Assembly: GCF_000011325.1 (NCBI RefSeq)
Contig: NC_003450.3
Span: 2,130,001-2,162,000, forward strand
Reading direction: 5' to 3'
Length of the DNA stretch: 32,000 bases
Origin: Corynebacterium glutamicum ATCC 13032
Lineage (GTDB): Bacteria > Actinomycetota > Actinomycetes > Mycobacteriales > Mycobacteriaceae
Shown: positions 27,751-32,000 of the stretch, piece after piece
How positions within the stretch are numbered: the stretch's first letter is position 1
Layout of the letters: every line of letters starts with the position of its first letter
Notes under the pieces: model-generated
The model's input: the letters and a program-made list of their open reading frames with translations, nothing else
The model's database searches: none
What the model was told of the DNA's origin: nothing
Made by a program: the position numbers and the translations under genes

Positions 27751-29181
27751 TTACCAGAGTCCGATGACATTCATCCACAAACCACCGATAACCAACCAGA
27801 TTGTAATCGATACCGCGCCAGCAATTGCCGAGGTCCGCCACCACTCACCCACCGTGATGTAGTTCAAACCAAACAATGTTGGCGAAGGACCACCAGAATA
27901 CTGAGTGAGTGAAGAGAACAAATTGGAGGTGTACGCCAACACCAGGGCCGCCATCAACGGGGGTGCACCAATCGCAATCGCAGCACCCAGGAAGGCCAAG
28001 TACATCGCAGAAATATGCGCTGTTGCCGAGGCAAAGAAATAGTGACTGAAGAAGTAAATCAGCACCAACACAACCAAAGCAACGACCCAGTTCATGCCAC
28101 CCAAACTGGAAGCAATTACCTCAGAGATCCATGCGATGAATCCGTACTGCGATAACGCTGTTGCCATCATGTATAGCACCGCGAACCACACCATGGTGTC
28201 CCACGCAGTCTTTTCTTGAATGATGTCCTCCCACGTCAGCACGTGAGCCACTAGCAAGATGATGACGCCAACGAAAGCGGTGGTAGTTGCCGAGATTCCC
28301 AAGACCAAATCGCCACCTGTCCAGAGCAGCAGCAACACAACAAAGGTTCCCGCCAGCACCTTCTCACCATAAGTAAACCCACCCAATTGCTTGAGCTCAT
28401 CAGAAGCCATTTTCTTGACCTCAGGGGTGTCCTTCAACTCAGGTGGATAGATCTTGTATACCACCCACGGCACCACAATAAGCGCCACCAGACCAGGCAC
28501 AATCGCACCCACAGCCCAGTTTGTCCACGTGATATTGACATCCATCTGCGAAGCCAAAGAGGCGATCAAGGGGTTTCCTGCCATTGCAGTTAGAAACATC
28601 GCGCACGTAATCGCATTTACCTGTCCCACATTCAGCGCCAAGAACGCGCCAGCCCTGCGACGAGTTGGGCCAGGAGTGGAATCATAAGTCAATGCCACCG
28701 ACTTCATAATCGGAGCCATAATGCCACCACCTCGGGCAGTTGCTGATGGAATCGCAGGAGCCAACACCAAATCAGCGAGCGCCAAACCATAGGTCACACC
28801 CAGCATTTTTCCGCCGACTTTAGACACAAAGAACAACGCTATTCGACGTCCAAGCCCCGTCTTGATGAATCCACGCGAAATCAGGAACGCCATCACAATC
28901 AGCCAAATGGTGCCGTTACTGAAACCAATAAGGCCATACACCGCGCCGGGATCATCAGAAGACGCCGTCAACGGCACCAAACCAGTCAACACCGCGGCGA
29001 TCATGCCGATAATTGTCACGGCACCCATTGGCATTGGCTTGAGAATAATCGCCACAATCGTCGCGATGAACAGGCCAAACATCCGCCACGCTTGATCCGT
29101 GAGTGCTTCAGGGTGCGGGCAAACCACATGGCAACCACAATCAACGCTGGAATTCCCAACTTGATTAAAAGATTGCTCCAA
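27751..29181 (-). CDS. DASS-family (CitT/SLC13-like) di/tricarboxylate transporter. This is the longest intact ORF; the N-terminal helix lies in another frame (see findings).
   Basis: 476-aa polytopic protein. PEALTDQAWRMFGLFIATIVAIILKPMPMGAV aligns with E. coli CitT (PVPDGMPPQAWHYFAVFVAMIIGMILEPIP, from memory). The ORF at 29016..29237, in a different frame, carries the expected upstream helix and a good RBS. Confidence 0.85.
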   Translation of the reverse strand: MEQSFNQVGNSSVDCGCHVVCPHPEALTDQAWRMFGLFIATIVAIILKPMPMGAVTIIGMIAAVLTGLVPLTASSDDPGAVYGLIGFSNGTIWLIVMAFLISRGFIKTGLGRRIALFFVSKVGGKMLGVTYGLALADLVLAPAIPSATARGGGIMAPIMKSVALTYDSTPGPTRRRAGAFLALNVGQVNAITCAMFLTAMAGNPLIASLASQMDVNITWTNWAVGAIVPGLVALIVVPWVVYKIYPPELKDTPEVKKMASDELKQLGGFTYGEKVLAGTFVVLLLLWTGGDLVLGISATTTAFVGVIILLVAHVLTWEDIIQEKTAWDTMVWFAVLYMMATALSQYGFIAWISEVIASSLGGMNWVVALVVLVLIYFFSHYFFASATAHISAMYLAFLGAAIAIGAPPLMAALVLAYTSNLFSSLTQYSGGPSPTLFGLNYITVGEWWRTSAIAGAVSITIWLVIGGLWMNVIGLW

Positions 29182-29283
29182 TGGGACCTGGCAGGTGCAT
29201 TAACACCTTGGGATTGGTTCTTGATCGGTGTACTCATCGTGCGTAAACTCCTGAACGATTCGAGTTGTTAAAGTTTTGGGTTG

Positions 29284-30537
29284 TTAAAGTTGGGCATTCC
29301 AGGCGGCGACAGCTGCATTCACCATGGATTGTGCTTCGCCGACGTAGTCTGCAGGCTGCGCAAAATTCTTAGGCAACAGGTCTTCGACCCCATGTTGAAC
29401 TGCAATTATCGGCAGTTCTTCTGCCAGCGTGGTGTGCTCTTCACGAGTCTTTGTGGATGCTTCATAAACCAAGTCATGAGCTTTCTCACGCCCCAGAGCT
29501 GGAGCTAGTTGAATCATCTGAGCTTCCGCCATGATCAATCCACCAGCAAAAGCCAAGTTCGAGGACATACGATCTGTATCCACTCGCATTCCTTCAGCCA
29601 CCACAATGGCTTCATCGAGTGCAGCGCCAGCTAGATTGGCCAACGTTGGAATGACAAGCCATTCTCCCTGCCACTCTCCTGCTGCTCGTTCATGTCCCGA
29701 TTCCTGAAGCCGTGGCAAAGTCGAGGTCAAGGCACCCGCCACCACTGAAATACCAATCATGAGCTCGGAAGAAATCGGGTTGACTTTCTGAGGCATCATG
29801 GAAGATGCACCCCGATGGGAGTTGTAAGGCTCAAAAACTTCTCCGATTTCAGTTCGGGAAAGATCCACGATGTTTCGGCCAAATTTTGCCATCGATCCAC
29901 ACAGCGTTGAGCACACCCATCCGAAGTCCCCAAGCACATCGCGTTCCACATGCCATGACACCACCGGGTCCTTCAGATCCAACAGGCGGGCCATCTCTGC
30001 ACGAACCGTTGCCGCTTGTTCGCCTTGTGCTGCGTTGTTTCCACCAGCACCAAACAGCGAAATGACTCGCACGCGCTCGAGTGCTTCCTCAAGTCGTTCC
30101 CTCTGCCTGCGGATTTGATCCAAAAAGGTAGCGAGGGTTGCTCCAAATGTAGTGGGAATTGCCTGCTGAGCATGGGTGCGTCCCGGCATCACGGTGTCTT
30201 TGTGCTCTTCAGCCCGTGCTGCCAGTGCATTCCCCAGACGCACGATCTGTTTATCAAGGGCGTTCAAAGAGGCAGTCATTTGCAACACCAGTCCAGTGTC
30301 CATGATGACTTGGGTCGTGGCGCCGTAGTGGACTCGCCCGTTGGGGCCTTCTGGAAGGTGACTGGCGATTTGTCTTACCAAGCCAAGGATGGGGTAGCCG
30401 ACATTTTTGGCATCTTCCCACAGCTTCTCGCGGTCAATGTTGGAAAGGACTGCCGCCTGGTTGATCTGTGCAGCATCGTCTTCAGTGATCACACCATGGC
30501 GGGCTTGAGCAGTTGAGAGTGCTCTCTCCGCAGCCAA
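29284..30537 (-). CDS. fumarase/aspartase-superfamily lyase (PcaB/PurB-like). This is the longest ORF after an in-frame TAA (see findings).
   Basis: Carries the superfamily signature GASSMMPQKVNP. The overall sequence resembles 3-carboxy-cis,cis-muconate cycloisomerase and adenylosuccinate lyase. Conserved N-terminal sequence continues upstream of the TTG at 30537. Confidence 0.85.
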   Translation of the reverse strand: MAAERALSTAQARHGVITEDDAAQINQAAVLSNIDREKLWEDAKNVGYPILGLVRQIASHLPEGPNGRVHYGATTQVIMDTGLVLQMTASLNALDKQIVRLGNALAARAEEHKDTVMPGRTHAQQAIPTTFGATLATFLDQIRRQRERLEEALERVRVISLFGAGGNNAAQGEQAATVRAEMARLLDLKDPVVSWHVERDVLGDFGWVCSTLCGSMAKFGRNIVDLSRTEIGEVFEPYNSHRGASSMMPQKVNPISSELMIGISVVAGALTSTLPRLQESGHERAAGEWQGEWLVIPTLANLAGAALDEAIVVAEGMRVDTDRMSSNLAFAGGLIMAEAQMIQLAPALGREKAHDLVYEASTKTREEHTTLAEELPIIAVQHGVEDLLPKNFAQPADYVGEAQSMVNAAVAAWNAQL

Positions 30538-30667
30538 CCAGCTTTCGATTGTGGCATCTGAAGAAAAGATTTCTAGTTGAGTGTCATTTCCTGCGTACTG
30601 CCAAAGTTAGGAGAATGGGGCTTTGTCAGTGGGATACATTGTGCGCGCTCCTAGCACCTATGGGCTT

Positions 30668-30685
30668 GTGTGGAATCGTATCCAC
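30668..30685. promoter_or_regulatory. candidate LacI-family operator (18-bp CG-centred imperfect palindrome)
   Basis: TGTGGAATCGTATCCACA has 7 of 9 symmetric positions per half-site and a central CG. It lies 29 nt upstream of the ancestral lyase ATG (30639). Confidence 0.45.
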
Positions 30686-30914
30686 AAAGGTATGATGATC
30701 GTTATTCCTGGAGCCGAAAAGTAGGAAAACTCACACCTGCCCCACGCGGCGTTTTAAGCGCTCAGATTTGAGAAACGCACCCGAGGGTCAATCTGGTCGA
30801 GTTACCTCCTTAAACGGTCATATAAAACATCATCATTTCCGCATGTAATGGGCGATTTTGACACCTGTGAGATCCCTGATCAAGAATCCGACCAGCTAGC
30901 ATACCTGAAGCTCT

Positions 30915-31050
30915 AAATCGAACGAATTTTTGCATGGAACCTCGGCTTTCGTGCAAATTTTCGACTGATTTCGGGTCCCCACCACCCAAATCGGTCGGAT
31001 TTTTGCATCTCACCATCCACCGCGGTGCGGATCCAGCATTTTCGACAGTG
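30915..31050. repeat. cluster of three to four copies of a motif of about 21 nt (AAATCG..CG.ATTTTTGCA) in alternating orientation
   Basis: Plus-strand copies lie at 30915-30935 and 30988-31008. A minus-strand copy lies at 30951-30971. A weaker minus-strand copy lies at 31035-31050. The motif is related to 19326-19345 and 19397-19417. Confidence 0.6.
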
Positions 31051-31107
31051 CCCCTCCCGAAAAGCATTTCCGCCAGAACGGCGGGCTAACTGACTAAACG
31101 CGGAAAA

Positions 31108-31503
31108 CTAGCCCCGATGCTGCCACGCGCATGATGCGTTAACGCCAGGTTCGGTCGCACCTTCAAGGGAAGTTCCATACCAGTAGGTCCCCTGAGGCAA
31201 CGCCCCCACCACCTTTTTGGTGAGGTCTTTAAGCTCCAGGTCGGAGGAGCCGTTAATTACTAGGCGGTGGAGCACTTCCACAATTGGTGGGTGGCCCTCT
31301 AGCTGGGAGAACTGGGTGACAAGCATGTTGTCGGGTTCGCAGGTGAGGTCGACGATCTGGGAGTGGATTTCAGAGGCTACGAATCCGGACTCACTCAATG
31401 TCGCTGGTAGGTTTTCTAGTACTTTTTCCCATTCGCTGGGGACGATGAGGATGTTGAGGTCGGTTGAAACTTCTCGCATGGTGGTCATATTCCTTTCAAC
31501 CAT
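31108..31503 (-). CDS. hypothetical cytoplasmic protein (no family recognised)
   Basis: 131-aa ORF whose ATG directly follows the stop of the upstream membrane-protein gene (TAAATG). Internal ATGs at codons 6 and 9 are alternative starts. Confidence 0.55.
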   Translation of the reverse strand: MVERNMTTMREVSTDLNILIVPSEWEKVLENLPATLSESGFVASEIHSQIVDLTCEPDNMLVTQFSQLEGHPPIVEVLHRLVINGSSDLELKDLTKKVVGALPQGTYWYGTSLEGATEPGVNASCAWQHRG

Positions 31504-32000
31504 TTACTTGGCAAATTGCTTCCGTGCGCGGAAAAACATCAGCGCCAGCAATCCTAAGGTTATCCAAAGCATGTAGCGGTTGACCACGTTGACGATGTCG
31601 AGGACTTGTTCGCCGAAGGTGTATCCCAGCCAGATGAATAGTCCGTTGACCGATAGTACGCAGATCGCATTCCAGGCCATGATGATCCAGAAGCGGATTT
31701 TCACCAGGCCAGCCACTGCGTTGAGGATGGTTCCCGGCACTGGTCCTGGGAGGTATGCGAGTGGAATGAGGCCGATGATCCAGGCGTAGAGGCGGGTGGA
31801 TTCGGAGTCGACGGATTTTTTGAACATGCGGTGGAAGCGGGGCATGTATTGGAGGGACATGTCGATAAATTCCATGCCCCAGCGCTTACCCATCAGCCAA
31901 TAGACGGGCATGAACTTCAGCGCGCCGATCAGGGTGCAGAGCCAGTAGACCCACCAGATGCCGTTTTCTACCGAAGCGTTCGCGCCGCCCACGACTGCAC
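31504..32000 (-). CDS. DedA/VTT-like integral membrane protein (partial; the N-terminus may lie beyond the window end)
   Basis: At least 162 hydrophobic residues (WWVYWLCTLIGALKF, AWIIGLIPLAYLPGPVPGTILNAVAG, WIIMAWNAICVLSVNGLFIWLGY). The frame stays open to position 32000. The family call is tentative. Confidence 0.6.
   Translation of the reverse strand, partial: AVVGGANASVENGIWWVYWLCTLIGALKFMPVYWLMGKRWGMEFIDMSLQYMPRFHRMFKKSVDSESTRLYAWIIGLIPLAYLPGPVPGTILNAVAGLVKIRFWIIMAWNAICVLSVNGLFIWLGYTFGEQVLDIVNVVNRYMLWITLGLLALMFFRARKQFAK

Noticed and set aside
29105-29130. Programmed -1 ribosomal frameshifting as an explanation for the DASS frame switch.
   Set aside because: There is no X XXY YYZ slippery heptamer at the junction (tgg ttt gcc cgc acc) and no obvious downstream stimulatory structure. 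A homopolymer indel is the simpler explanation.
30810-31067. 85-aa minus-strand ORF in the large spacer upstream of the lyase operon.
   Set aside because: It has no RBS, spans the alternating repeat copies and has no recognisable domain. It is likely non-coding.

Overview
The window reads as core chromosome of a Corynebacterium, and looks C. glutamicum-like. That assignment is my inference from protein sequences, gene order and a recognisable DtxR box; I ran no search. Almost all genes are on the minus strand. In coordinate order they are: dxr (partial), a small membrane protein, an ABC-2 type exporter pair, rlmN, a LapA-domain membrane protein, cdsA, frr, pyrH, tsf, rpsB, an M23 peptidase, xerC, dprA, comM/yifB, yraN, a DUF2469 protein, rnhB, lepB, a DtxR-controlled siderophore-binding lipoprotein, rplS, a TPP-riboswitch-controlled thiE-thiO-thiS-thiG-thiF operon, and tex. 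An accessory-looking minus-strand cluster follows: a LacI-type regulator, a DASS carboxylate transporter and a fumarase/aspartase-superfamily lyase. The window ends with a hypothetical protein and a partial DedA-like membrane protein. I found no rRNA, tRNA, CRISPR array, intact IS element or prophage gene. I do not see a convincing new multi-gene system, and most of the window is ordinary housekeeping DNA. Six observations deserve a second look. (1) Both structural genes of the LacI/DASS/lyase cluster carry ORF-disrupting lesions: a 1-nt frame shift after the first transmembrane helix of the transporter, and an in-frame TAA at codon 11 of the lyase. An 18-bp CG-centred palindrome sits upstream as a candidate operator. 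(2) An element of about 140 bp occurs twice, each time directly after a stop codon (after the binding-protein gene and after thiF). (3) A hairpin-forming motif of about 21 nt occurs in two copies at 19.3-19.4 kb and in three to four copies of alternating orientation at 30.9-31.05 kb. (4) Two consensus DnaA boxes form a 13-bp inverted repeat upstream of yraN-comM-dprA. (5) Short tandem repeats with a G-quadruplex-type G-run pattern lie next to the rplS terminator. (6) The pyrH-frr spacer and the rpsB leader are structured. Gene starts were re-evaluated by hand, and several differ from the longest-ORF track.
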